64,000 bases of DNA from Eledone cirrhosa (lineage: Eukaryota), in the NCBI GenBank assembly GCA_964016885.1, contig OZ024740.1, forward strand, positions 361,832,001-361,896,000. Direction: 5' to 3'. Under the pieces are notes generated by a model that was not told the DNA's origin, did no database searches, and saw only the letters and a list, made by a program, of their open reading frames with translations. Below are positions 51,219 to 63,980 of this stretch, piece after piece; position 1 is the stretch's first letter; each line of letters opens with the position of its first letter. A program made the position numbers and the translations under genes.

Positions 51219-54200
51219 TATATCTAAAGTGAAGTTGGGCGTTGTTTGTTTTGTGTCCCGAACTTGCAGGCTACACCGTTCATCCGATTTTCATGAAACT
51301 TGAGACATATATAAAACTCGACCCGTAGATTGGAATAGGCTACTTGAAATTTTCGAAAAATAGATAATTGGATCACCAGAGGCAAATATCGATATTTACG
51401 AAATTTGTCCGATTCCAATGAAATTTGACGTGAATATGTATTTTGATGCGGGGATCAACGTGGTTACTTGAAATTTTCAAAGAATCGATAATCGGACCCC
51501 CAGAGGCAAAAATCTGGCAACCGAAAAACGCCATTCTTCTTGCTTCCATTTGTCGCGACTCCCGCCATGCAAAACACGTTCAATCTATCAGGATTATCCA
51601 CCGTAAATCTCTTTAAATTAACGCTCACCATATTCAGCAAACCTTTTATGCCGATTCTTCCATTTCTTATATAAGGACTCTCAAGACTATACCGCCGCGC
51701 ATCATCCTGTATTGGCCCAGTCTTCTCAAGCGATCATCGAGCCTCCATGCGCTCTCTTCATTCCTGTGGTCCCACTACCGTAGCATAATGAGGCATCCGT
51801 CAACCCCTGCATCGTTGTGCATCACCATGCGCATCTCTGCCCTGTCAGCCGCAATTCATTCCTCGGCCTTTTCCATTTCCTGCTCTCCGTGGTCCCTAAG
51901 GACTGCCACGGCTCAACATGCCGAATCCCTGCCACCGTCCACCCCTGCCCATTTCCATTGCCTACACTCCGGGAGAGCTCAAGACTTCCATGCCTGACCA
52001 AGCCGCATCCCTGCCACCGTCAACCCCTGCCCTCTCCCTTCCCTGCACGCCGTCGTCCCACTGCATCGTCATGCCTCATCATGCTGCATTACTGCCCTGT
52101 CGACCACCATCCCCTCCTTAGCCCTTTCTTTTGCCTGCCCGCCGTGCTCCTTCAAGACTGCCATGCCTAACCAAGCCGCATCCCTGCCACCGTCAACCCC
52201 TGCCCTCTCCCTTGCCCGCACGCCTTGGTCCCTCACGACTGCCATGGCTCACCATGCGGCATTCCTACCCTGTCAGCAACTTGCTCAAATGTCATCAGCA
52301 TGGTTTATTCCTGCGCCGCACATAACCGCCCATTATCTCAGACCAAAGACAGCACCGAACATGAAGGCGATCCTGTGCAAGCCTTTTTACATTCATTTTG
52401 ACCATATTTAACAAAATTAAACAAAAATTCATCCCTTTCTCCTCCAAAGCCTACCGATCATGTATGGCCGATAAACATCCTGCCTTGCACCCGGTTTTCT
52501 CAAACAATCATCGTCCCTCCCGGTGCTCTCTACATTCCCGAGGTGCAACTCAATTGGCATGCCGCATCCACGCTCTGTCAGCCGCCATGCACTCTGCCTC
52601 ATCATGTTTCATCCCTGCCCTGTCAGCCGCCATCCACTCCCCGACCCTTTCCACTGCCTAGGCATGGCAGTCTTGAGGGACCAAGTCGCATCCCTGCCAC
52701 CGTCAACCCCTGCCCTCTCCCTTCCCTGCACGCCGTCGTCCCACTGCATCGTCATGCATCACTATGCCGCATCAATGCTCTGTCAGCCGCCATCCCCTCC
52801 TCGGCCCTTTCTTTTGCCTGCCTGCAGTGCTCTTTCAAGACTGCTATGGCTCACCATGCGGCATCCTTGCCACTGTCCACCTATGCCTTCTTCCTTGCCT
52901 GCTGGCCGTCGTCCCACTGCATCGTCATGCCTCAGTATGCCGCATCTATGCACTGTCAGCCACCATCCCCTCCTCGGCCCTTTCTTTTGCCTGACCACCG
53001 TGCTCCTTCAAGACTTCCATGGCTATCTATGCCGCATCAATTCCTTGCCACCCGCTTAAACGTCATCAGCATGGCTTATTGTTGCCCCACTTGACCACCG
53101 ATTTTCGCAGGCAAAACACAATACCAACGCGCACGATAGTCCATGGTAAATCTTTTTAATTACATGTTCATCATGCTAAGCAAAGGATGAATAGCAACTC
53201 TTTCACTTCTCCTGACATGCATTTCTGTCAATTATGGCCGAGAAGCATCCTGTGTAGCATCGCGTTTTCTCAAGCGATCACCGTGCCATCCACTGTCCTC
53301 ACAATTGACTCACAACGCCGCATCTATTCTCTGCGACGCCCCTAAATATCATCAGCATGGCTTATTTTTCTGCCGCGTTTAACCGGCCCTCATTCTAGGC
53401 CATAAACAACAAAACCGCACGATGATGCTGCGTAAGTCTATTTAAATTAATGGTCAACATATTCAGCAAAACAATTGTACCAAATCTTCCTCTTCACCTC
53501 CAAGACCTATCCATTACATCTTAGAGGTCGGAATTCGCAATTTCTACGATTTCAATATTGACACAACAGTCCGTCAGGTTTTTCGGCACATGTTGCTCCG
53601 ATAGGAATATCAACGTGATTTTCACTTAATTCGTAAGTGTTCAGTCTTCCGTATGCTTTTATTTTTTATTGATACAACACCGACTACAATCATCTAACTT
53701 CACTTTGTAGGCTAGACGCGAATCACAAGGAAAACAATCCTCTGATATACAACCCCACCAAATTCTTTGGTCTACCTAGATTTCAATGGCTATATCCTTT
53801 GCTTTTGTACGGTTGTACATTTGACAATGTCGCAAAACATTATTCCACTTGATTCTTACCTTTCAGCTATGAATTGGGCAGTGCCTTAAAATCCCAGTTT
53901 ATTAGCGTGCAATTTGTTGGTATCTTATGAATGGAGAATCGAAAACCCTTTTTCTCATAACCTGATACATGCGTTACACATGCTCCATAGATGTTTGTGG
54001 ACAATTTTTTCAAAATACCAATATCACAGATTGGAGCACAAAAAGAAACGTTTGTTCTTCATTTATTTCGGTTAAAGCATCCTGCTGGAATTTAGCGCAG
54101 ACCCGTTAAATCCAGCGCCTTATAACCCCGAGTGTAACCGAGTGCCCAGCTAGAAAGACAAATGGAAACATTGTTTCCTCGGTCCGATTTGACGAAAGTC

Positions 54201-54842
54201 GATTTAGTTCCACAACAAATTAACAAACCATACTTGAAGACACGTTGAGGCTGTTGCAAAGGGCAATAACCCTAGACACAATGTTGATCAACTTTTTTTC
54301 ACCTATAGCAAATTTACCGGGACAGGTTTTTAGCTACTCAAATCTACTTCAGAGGTCACGCATTCATGTAAAACATCAATAAAACTGAAGCGGGGGTTCG
54401 ACTTTGCGCAAAAAACAAGGCAAAGTTGCACATGGGAAAACTTTTTACAGGAACGTCCGATTTTCTTGAAAACTGTCGCAAAAGACTCGCCATTATGCCG
54501 CGGTTAAGATAAAGTCCCTTTTATTTCTTCTTCTGCATATGTGAGCGCAAACATTGTAAAAAAAAAAAAAAAATGTAAAAAAATCGACTTTTTCACCCTG
54601 CTTTAAAAATCAACTGAAAATACAAAGTCAGTCGTGCAAAGAACAATTTCAACGATACACTATGAACCTACAATTGATCCATTATTTATGCTCAATTACA
54701 CACCTGCGTCTACTAACCTCTGTTTTTTTCCTTGAGGTTCGAAGGTTTTTGCACCTGTGATGCGCGGGAAGTAACTTTCACACATTTTAACAACAGAGCA
54801 AAGGTCGCCTTACACTCGGGCAACGCCGGGTACTTCTGCTAG
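51216..54842 (+). mobile_element. 3.6-kb non-autonomous composite Helitron
   Basis: 5' A|TC at 51216; 3' ctcgggcaacgccggg hairpin + CTAG|T at 54842; inserted in (TA)n; internal GC-rich repeats at 51780-53090. Confidence 0.75.
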
Positions 54843-55624
54843 TATATATATATATAAATATATACACAAGAACCCAGTATATTTCTTCTTGTTTGTACAT
54901 CTAAACACACACATAGACAAGAACATGGTTGTGTGATTAAGAAGTTCGTTTCGCAAATATGTGGTTTCGTTTTCAGCCACGGTACATGGTCTCATGAGCT
55001 AATGTTTTCTACTATAACTTCGGTTTGACTAATGTCTTCTGAATAAAACTTGGTAGAAAGAAATTGTGCAGAAGTCTATTGTGTGTATTCCTGTGCCATT
55101 GATCTTCTGCTTTATTTTTTTTTCACTTTTTTCACAGTCACCCTTCATTGTCCAAGAATAGTTTAAGTGTGATAGTCTTTCAGTGTCTTTCTCCAAAATG
55201 ACAATCCACAATCTCACTGTAACACTCCAACACTATCCCACTATCTACTAGTTGGAACACAGACCTATTATTTACATACTAACTGATCAAAGGAGTAAAA
55301 TAGAAGAAAAGGGAAACAGAATAACAAGAATAGTAATTGAGAAGGTCACAGAATGTGTGACGAAATACCTTTGAGAGTCGGACGCCATGCTATGCAGTAT
55401 AGAGTTACGGACCTTTGCGGTCTGAGTTCGAATCCCGCCGAGGTTAATGCACTGGGATAATTGGTGGCTTTGTGAGGAAAGTAGAAACAATTATAATTAA
55501 TAATAAAATAGCGACCCGGTTACCAACCTAACAGATGAATGGATTAATAATAAACTGAAATAAAACTCAGATGGTACGTGTATATTTATTAGCAGCATGA
55601 CCCTCCCAAAACATAATAATCTTC

Positions 55625-55712
<88 letters not shown>

Positions 55713-55716
<4 letters not shown>

Positions 55717-56414
55717 ATTTGAATGGATACAGTTTAGTTGAAAGGAATTTATTGACACGTGTTTCTATAACAGTTACATAACCTGAAAACAGCTGCTATC
55801 TACAAAGTATTAGTTATGCAGACATTCAATATTTCAATATTATTATTTACTGTCATTTCATCAGAATAATATTACTGAGGACCTGTTTGGTTTTTATAGA
55901 GAATATTAGGAGGGAGGGGTGAAGTTGTTAGAAGAATAGTTGAGGGAGTGGTTTTTTGATAGCAGTGAGAATTTTTGGTGGCAGTGAGTAATTAGATTCC
56001 CATCTGTTGTTTTGACATTTTTATAGAATATATTATTGGTTATTTTTCTAAATCTATAGAAGGATTAGAGATAGTAAAGATATGCGTGGTTGGTTTTGTG
56101 TTTGCACTTAATTAACATTCAGACTTAAATTTTTCTTTCAAGTGTACGTATCCTTTCACCCACGCATTCACACACAAACATATTTGCACACCTCTACAAA
56201 ATACATATACTCACATTCCCATAGTAACATGTTCATACTTACATACATATACACATGCATACATATATATATGCACACATGTATTCATGTACATACATAC
56301 GCGTTCATGTGTATACATTTTCATACTCAACTTATCTTTATATACACACGTATAGACACACACATATATACATACATACTCTAGTCTGTGTGTACATATA
56401 TACATATACATACA

Positions 56415-56476
<62 letters not shown>

Positions 56477-57491
56477 CACTTTAATACATGAATACACTTA
56501 CATCTAACTATACACATCAAACATATATATATATTTACTTATTTATATACATTTTCACATATATATACATACTTATGGTCGTTTTTAGACACATTCATTA
56601 TCGCATATTTGCACCTATTCTCATCAGCATATCTTTCCATTATTAGTGTGGTAATTTAAGGTTATTAATATACATATATATGTTGAGAAGAGATTGTTTT
56701 TATATTTTTCTAACTAGATTGAGGTTTATATAGTTGGGGGGATGTCCCTCTTTTATGTAATATTCGGCTTGTAGTGGGAAAAAAGGGTTTTAGTTCGGTG
56801 ACGGCAGAATAATGTTCGTTCAATTCTGTTATTCAACAATTTTTGCTTGTGTGTGATTATGTAATAAATCTCAAGATTACACAATTTGCAGAAATTTTGG
56901 CTCCTGGAAAAGCTTTGGGTTTTAGCTAATTTCTCCCATTTTAGGGTAAACTTTTGATCGCTATCCCTGAGCGTCCAAGCTTTTTCTGCTAAAGTTGTTA
57001 CATTTCTTTGGCTCTGGTGTTTTATTGAGTAAGAATGCCTATATAATCGAGATTTAAACGATGTTGCCGTTGATCCCACGTCTGGATGTTAATTAAGTGC
57101 AAACACAAAACCAACCACGCATATCTTTACTATCTCTAATCCTTCTATAGATTTAGAAAAATAACCAATAATATATTCTATAAAAATGTCAAAACAACAG
57201 ATGGGAATCTAATTACTCACTGCCACCAAAAATTCTCACTGCTATCAAAAAACCACTCCCTCAACTATTCTTCTAACAACTTCACCCCTCCCTCCTAATA
57301 TTCTCTATAAAAACCAAACAGGTCCTCAGTAATATTATTCTGATGAAATGACAGTAAATAATAACATTGAAATATTGAATGTCTGCATAACTAATACTTT
57401 GTAGATAGCAGCTGTTTTCAAGTTATGTAACTGTTATAGAAACACGTGTCAATAAATTCCTTTCAACTAAACTGTATCCATTCAAATCTTT
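55713..57491 (-). mobile_element. 5'-truncated Penelope-like element with inverted pLTR
   Basis: ORF 56753-57079 is a GIY-YIG C-half (VGSTATSFKSR..H...CKLCNLE...LN.R.E...CRH); 57080-57491 is an inverted copy of 55713-56124. Confidence 0.85.
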
Positions 57492-57602
57492 CTATTTTTC
57501 TCCGGATTACTTTTGGAACTACAACTGGAACCGTCGAGCAAACTCTACGTGAGCTGTCAATCTACTGTGTGTAATATTTACATTACAACACAACGGAAAA
57601 TA

Positions 57603-57642
<40 letters not shown>

Positions 57643-57767
57643 ACAGGGAGAAAGAGACGATTATTAGGAAGAAAAATATATTTGTCTCCTTATATATATA
57701 TATATATATATTCATTCATTCATATACACACACATATATGTATACATATAGATATATATTCATTCAT

Positions 57768-57821
<54 letters not shown>

Positions 57822-57900
57822 CGTTTCTGAATTTGTTTGACAAACAAAATGGCGTAGGATAGAAGAAAGGAAAGGCACAGAAACGAAGAAAGAAATCCCC

Positions 57901-57945
57901 AGTCACTGAAGAGGTCACAGAGTGTGTGACGAAAGAACTATGACT
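57901..57945 (+). ncRNA. Minimal type I hammerhead ribozyme (family B)
   Basis: agtca-CTGAAGA-g gtcaca gagtg tgtgac-GAAA-gaac-TA-tgact; second copy at 63792-63835. Confidence 0.75.
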
Positions 57946-58098
57946 ATATATATATATAAACAACTATCTGGTTGTGGAACCAACCAACCAACCAGAAATT
58001 TATAAATTTGTAAATTTATAAATATATAATAAATTAAATTGAAGTGAAAGCAACTGGTGCGTGTGTTTCTTATTGGCAACATGACCCTCCCAAAGTAT

Positions 58099-58165
<67 letters not shown>

Positions 58166-58667
58166 ATTGAGGTTGGTAATGGCACATGGAATATATAAGA
58201 GACAGAATACTTTTTTGTGAAAAAACATAATTTTATAAGGTAAGGAAATAATAAAGGGTATACAAAATGACCGGTTTCGATGGGTCTGCAAAAGCCATCT
58301 TTTCAAATGTTGATTAATATTAAGAAAAATTAATAATACGAAGAGTTAAAATTTGAGACTTGAAAATTCAAGTATAAAATTCATTGTGGGATTTCATAGC
58401 AGTTTTCATCTAGGTAGCAACAACAGGTTGACTGCTGTGTCCCTTTCTGGTAGTGAATGAGAAGTTATTTGGGGTGTGGGTTATTTTATAAAGGTCAGAT
58501 TTAGCAATCACCAACTGGCCAGCTGCTGGTCAGTGAGGGGGTGGAAGCAATATACATACACATATCTTCCTGTGGTGGGTAGGAGAGTGGAGCGTGATAG
58601 AAAGGGATTTAGTGCACTTACACCTATATATACACACATACCTTCATCCACACATACATACATATAC

Positions 58668-58712
<45 letters not shown>

Positions 58713-58777
58713 CACACATACATACACACACACATACATATACATACACACATACACACACACATATATATACACAT

Positions 58778-58833
<56 letters not shown>

Positions 58834-59047
58834 CCACACATACATACACACACACACACATATATATATACATACACACATACAAACATACACACACACA
58901 CACATATATATACACACATACACACACATATATATACACACACACACACAAGCATTTATATATATATATATACATACAGACACATATATTTTTTCCATAA
59001 TATAAGAAGTTGACGAACCTGAACCAGAAAGAAAACTCCGTGAACAA

Positions 59048-59830
59048 ATGTCACTCAACAGGATAAACATGGAAATAGAACTCCTAAAATTAAGGGCCAC
59101 CTCAAACGAGCAAGAGTATAAGGATACTGATAAAAATATGGAGGAAGAATGCACTAAAAAGGCCGAGGGAACAACCCTACAAAATTTAATCAAATCGTGG
59201 AAACAGGACTGCGAGAATGCAGAAACTATTTCCCTTAAACGGTGGGAAAAATCCGAAAACTGGTTCCTCAAATATGAAGAAGACTTTAAAAGGACGCACC
59301 AAACAGGTAACCCCTTTATAAAGCATTTGAACATAACAAGAACTACAACAGACACATTTACACCACCAAACCCAACACACACTAACCACAGGCACATCCC
59401 CCACCAACACAAACCAAATACGGCCAACTACACCAAAAGAAACACACCCAACTACCACAACACAGGTTTCCGTAGAAATGCCCCCTACATAAACCAGCGA
59501 CGAAATAACATAGATCCAACTCACAACACACACACCACATTCCTCAGAAGAAATCCACCCAGACCACTTGAAATCACAACAGAACTTACCCACAACCACA
59601 CCAGACATCACCCTCAATCCAACAAAAGACAACCCCCCAGCCTCAACACTCTGTACCACAGAAATAACGCACCCAGACCACATGAACCAACAACAGAACC
59701 CTTGCTCATCAACAACCACAACACATACCACCCCCACCATCACATTCACCCTCATGAAACAACAAGCTACAGACCCACACGCAACAGACCAACAAAATAT
59801 AATCACACACAAAACTACATTCCTTTTTAA
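59048..59830 (+). CDS. Penelope N-terminal region ORF (helical domain + low-complexity H/T/N/P linker), 5'-truncated
   Basis: 260 aa; the frame is open from the pLTR junction (~59012) and overlaps the RT frame by 9 codons. Confidence 0.7.
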   Translation: MSLNRINMEIELLKLRATSNEQEYKDTDKNMEEECTKKAEGTTLQNLIKSWKQDCENAETISLKRWEKSENWFLKYEEDFKRTHQTGNPFIKHLNITRTTTDTFTPPNPTHTNHRHIPHQHKPNTANYTKRNTPNYHNTGFRRNAPYINQRRNNIDPTHNTHTTFLRRNPPRPLEITTELTHNHTRHHPQSNKRQPPSLNTLYHRNNAPRPHEPTTEPLLINNHNTYHPHHHIHPHETTSYRPTRNRPTKYNHTQNYIPF

Positions 59831-59859
59831 GGGAAAAGCCTGAAATACCAGGATACTCG

Positions 59860-62136
59860 ATGGCCCCCCCTCAGGAGAAACCAAAAATAATCAACCTCTC
59901 AAAGACACCTCTAACCAACACACAAATCAACATTTTAAGTAAGGGCCTGAAATTTATACCTACACCACGTAAACCAAACTTCCCCGAAATGAAGGATGAC
60001 ATCATGGAATACTGCCGAAAGCTGCGACTAACGGAATTCTTCCACAACGACACCAACACTGAAGACGAATCACTGGTTAGAAATAAAAGCAATTTCTGCC
60101 CACAAAAGGGAAGAAATAAAGCACTGGACACGTACTGCGAACACATCACCAACTTTCCCTATGAAAAAATTACAAATAAACACACGAAATCAAACCTATC
60201 TACACACGAATGGGAAGAATTATTCACACTTAGAAACAACCCTGAGATAACTATCAAAGAAGCCGATAAAGGCAGTACTGTTGTCATTATGAATACGGAC
60301 TACTATAGGACCCTCGCACTTAACATTTTAGAAAACAACACATACTATGAAAAAACAGAAAACTACAAACACACCAAAACAATGGGGAACCTTTTGACCT
60401 TACTGAATAAATACCGCAACAGCTTAACCACAAAAGAGTTTAACTATATAAGCCACTTCAAATGCAATACAAGCTCTTTTTACGGCTTACCGAAACTTCA
60501 CAAATGTAAACCCATAAACGATGCATGTGACACCTCAACCAACAATTACATTGAACTAACACCACCAGAAGACCTAAAACTCAGGCCAATTATAGCAGGC
60601 CCTACATGTGAAACCCACAGACTTAGCAACTTTCTGGACATCCTACTGAAACCCTTTCTACAACATATACAGAGCTACATACGAGATGACCTTGACATGC
60701 TGAAACACCTCCCTAAAACAGTAAGTGCAAATACAATTCTTGTCTCCTTTGACGTAATAAACCTCTACACAAACATACCTCACAACTATGGAATAACAGC
60801 AGTCCAATACTGGCTTAACACACACCCATCAGAAATACCGACACGCATCAACACAGATTTTATCACTGACGGACTCCGCTTTACCCTACAAAATAACTAC
60901 TTCACATTCAATGGTTCAACATACAGACAAGTATCAGGTACGGCAATGGGCACGAAAGTAGCACCCACATATGCCAACCTAGTCATGGGATTCCATGAAC
61001 AACAAATATACAGTCAGTCCCTTCTCTTATTTGGAGACTCTTTCCACACACACCTCAAAGCCAATTGGAAAAGATATCTAGACGACTGCTTTATCCTATG
61101 GCAAGAAGACATGAACTCACTTACTACGTTTAAAAACATGATAAACAACATAGATAATAACATACAATTCACAATGGAATCCAATCCTAAGGAATTAGCC
61201 TTCTTGGATATTCTCATCTCTGTAATAGACGGGAAATTAGATACAGATATATTCTATAAACCCACAGATTCCAAGCAATACCTCTTTTTCACATCAAGTC
61301 ACCCAAAACATACAAAACTTAACATTCCTTACAATTTGGCCAAACGTATATGTACCATAGTATCAGATCCACCTAAACGGGAGCAAAGACTAAAGGAACT
61401 AAAAGACACCCTTATCTTAAGAGCCTTTCCACTTGAAATAATCAACAATGGAATAGACAGGGCAAAACACCTAAATCCCCATCAACTTAACAATCCAAAA
61501 CAGAAAACCACACTCAACACCCTGCCATATGTATCCACTTTCAACCCCAGAAATACCGAAATGTTTGATCACCTACACAAAAACCTCCCCATCCTACTTA
61601 AAGATGTAAAAATGAAGTCTATTCTTGAAACACACAAGATCCTTAAAAGTAAAAGACAACCCAAATCACTTAAACGCATTCTCACTGGACCAAATATACC
61701 CAAACCAATCCTCAACCCTACAGTTACCAAATGTGGTAGAACAAACTGTGGAACGTGCCTCTACCTCACTGAAGGACAAACATTTACATTCAAAGATGGC
61801 CAAACATTTACAGTAAAAAACAATTTCACCTGCAACTCGGAGAACTTGATTTACGCAATAACTTGCGGTGGGTGCAAACACAACTACATAGGACAGACGG
61901 GCACCTCATTACGCAAAAGAATGACCATCCACCGCCAACAAATCCGGGACGCTAACACAAGAAAAATCCCCTTGAGCAGCCATATTGCGAACTGCGCAGG
62001 AATGACACTACCCAACTTTAAAATCTTCCCCTTCTACAAGTGCTCAGATTCGTTCACACAGCAACAAAGAATAAACAAAGAAAATCTATTCCTTAACAAA
62101 TTTAAACCAAAACTAAACGGGTTATCACCCCAATAG
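59860..62136 (+). CDS. Penelope-like reverse transcriptase + GIY-YIG endonuclease
   Basis: IINLS, KGLKF.P, IKEADKG, FYGLPKLHK, RPII, FDVINLYTNIP, GTAMGT..AP.YANL, RYLDD, CxxxxCxxC linker (Neptune-type) and NLIYAITC..C...YIGQT...R...H; uninterrupted 758 aa. Confidence 0.96.
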   Translation: MAPPQEKPKIINLSKTPLTNTQINILSKGLKFIPTPRKPNFPEMKDDIMEYCRKLRLTEFFHNDTNTEDESLVRNKSNFCPQKGRNKALDTYCEHITNFPYEKITNKHTKSNLSTHEWEELFTLRNNPEITIKEADKGSTVVIMNTDYYRTLALNILENNTYYEKTENYKHTKTMGNLLTLLNKYRNSLTTKEFNYISHFKCNTSSFYGLPKLHKCKPINDACDTSTNNYIELTPPEDLKLRPIIAGPTCETHRLSNFLDILLKPFLQHIQSYIRDDLDMLKHLPKTVSANTILVSFDVINLYTNIPHNYGITAVQYWLNTHPSEIPTRINTDFITDGLRFTLQNNYFTFNGSTYRQVSGTAMGTKVAPTYANLVMGFHEQQIYSQSLLLFGDSFHTHLKANWKRYLDDCFILWQEDMNSLTTFKNMINNIDNNIQFTMESNPKELAFLDILISVIDGKLDTDIFYKPTDSKQYLFFTSSHPKHTKLNIPYNLAKRICTIVSDPPKREQRLKELKDTLILRAFPLEIINNGIDRAKHLNPHQLNNPKQKTTLNTLPYVSTFNPRNTEMFDHLHKNLPILLKDVKMKSILETHKILKSKRQPKSLKRILTGPNIPKPILNPTVTKCGRTNCGTCLYLTEGQTFTFKDGQTFTVKNNFTCNSENLIYAITCGGCKHNYIGQTGTSLRKRMTIHRQQIRDANTRKIPLSSHIANCAGMTLPNFKIFPFYKCSDSFTQQQRINKENLFLNKFKPKLNGLSPQ

Positions 62137-62705
62137 AATTGTCATAAAATATAAACACACATACGCACGGAATCACTACTATTAAAGACCAGAGACCAAT
62201 TCTGTAGAATCAGGTTTATTCATTGACAGACCATGCCTTTGTGTGACCAACACATCCATGTTAAACCCTGCACGTGCACACACATATATCTATATATATA
62301 TGCGCACACAGAATTCACCACTGTCGGTTGCGGGGCCCAATCTACATGAAGAACTCAATGTGATCAGAATGACTTGTATTTTAATTTCACTGCCCCAACT
62401 TCTTATATTATGGAAAAAATATATGTGTCTGTATGTATATATATATATATATATATTTGAAGGCCATTTCTCTGTGTGTGGGTGTATGTATGTGTATATG
62501 TGTGTGTGTGTGCATGTGTGTGCATGTGGATGTATGTATTGTGTGTGCGTGTGTGTGTGTGTGTGTGTATGTATGTGGGTATCTGGATGTATGCGTATGT
62601 GTATATATATATATATATATATGCATGTGTGTGTGTGTGTATATATATGTGTGTGTATGTGTGTATATATATGTGTGTGTGTGTGTATGTTTGTATGTGT
62701 GTATG

Positions 62706-62738
<33 letters not shown>

Positions 62739-62879
62739 ATGTATGTGTGTATCTGGATGTATGTGTATGTATATATATGTGTGTGTGTGTGTATATATAT
62801 ATATGTGTGTGTGTATGTGTATATATGTGTGTGTGTGTGTGTGTGTATGTATATGTATGTGTGTGTGTATGTATGTGTG

Positions 62880-62920
<41 letters not shown>

Positions 62921-63282
62921 GTATATGTATATGTATGTATGTGTGGATGAAGGTATGTGTGTATATATAGGTGTAAGTGCACTAAATCCCTTTTTATCAC
63001 GCTCCACTCCCCTACCCACCACAGGAAGATATGTGTATGTATATTGCTTCCACCCCCTCACTGACCAGCAGCTGGCCAGTTGGTGATTGCTAAATCTGAC
63101 CTTTATAAAATAACCCACACCCCAAATAACTTCTCATTCACTACCAGAAAGGGACACAGCAGTCAACCTGTTGTTGCTACCTAGATGAAAACTGCTATGA
63201 AATCCCACAATGAATTTTATACTTGAATTTTCAAGTCTCAAATTTTAACTCTTCGTATTATTAATTTTTCTTAATATTAATC

Positions 63283-63330
63283 AACATTTGAAAAGATGGC
63301 TTTTGCAGACCCATCGAAACCGGTCATTTT
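63283..63330 (+). ncRNA. pLTR hammerhead, U3-A8 variant
   Basis: aacat-TTGAAAA-gatgg..ccatc-GAAA-ccgg-TC-atttt; the same core is in copies at 47677-47724 (+) and 58264-58311 (-). Confidence 0.7.
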
Positions 63331-63491
63331 TTATACCCTTTATTATTTCCTTACCTTATAAAATTATGTTTTTTCACAAAAAAGTATTCTGTCTCTTATA
63401 TATTCCATGTGCCATTACCAACCTCAATTTTCTCTATAACCTTCGTTTTGTGTAGAAAATTACACTTTTCATATATATATATATATATATT

Positions 63492-63980
63492 ATTTCGTTT
63501 CTGAATTTGTTTAGCAAGATTCTTTATCTGAAATCGTGTGTTGAAACCGATATTGTTATACTTTGGGAGGGTCATGTTGCCAATAAGAAACACACGCACC
63601 AGTTGCTTTCACTTCAATTTATTATAATAAATTTATAAATTTATAAATTTCTGGTTGGTTGGTTGGTTCCACAACCAGATAGTTGTTTATATATTGTCAT
63701 AGTTCTTTCGTCACACACTCTGTGACGAAATGTTTCAAAATGGCGTAGGACAGAACAAAGGAGAGGCATAGAAACAAAGAAAGGAATCCCCAGTCACTGA
63801 AGAGGTCACAGAGTGTGTGACGAAAGAACTATGACAATATATAAACAACTATCTGGTTGTGGAACCAACCAACCAACCAGAAATTTATAAATTTATAAAT
63901 TTATTATAATAAATTGAAGTGAAAGCAACTGGTGCGTGTGTTTCTTATTGGCAACATGACCCTCCCAAAGTATAACAATA
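63492..63980. mobile_element. Fold-back copy of hammerhead family B
   Basis: 63550-63726 is inverted at 63806-63980; hammerhead at 63792-63835. Confidence 0.75.

Larger units (their letters stand above)
58161..63434 (+). mobile_element. Near-intact Neptune-type Penelope-like element with 5' inverted pLTR
   Basis: 58161-59010 is the reverse complement of 62396-63434 and encloses two ORFs; this is the classic Penelope architecture. Confidence 0.93.

Noticed and set aside
51788-53094. Overlapping Pro/Cys/His-rich ORFs
   Set aside because: They arise from C-rich tandem repeats inside a Helitron; no Rep/helicase or other motifs.
57333-57392. Hammerhead in the pLTR of the 55.7-57.5 kb element (CTGATGA...GAAA-tat-TG)
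   Set aside because: The cleavage position would be G and stems I/III are ambiguous; probably a relic, so not called.
59186-59884. Antisense 232-aa ORF
   Set aside because: A shadow of the A/C-rich sense ORF; the Val/Cys-rich composition reflects strand bias.
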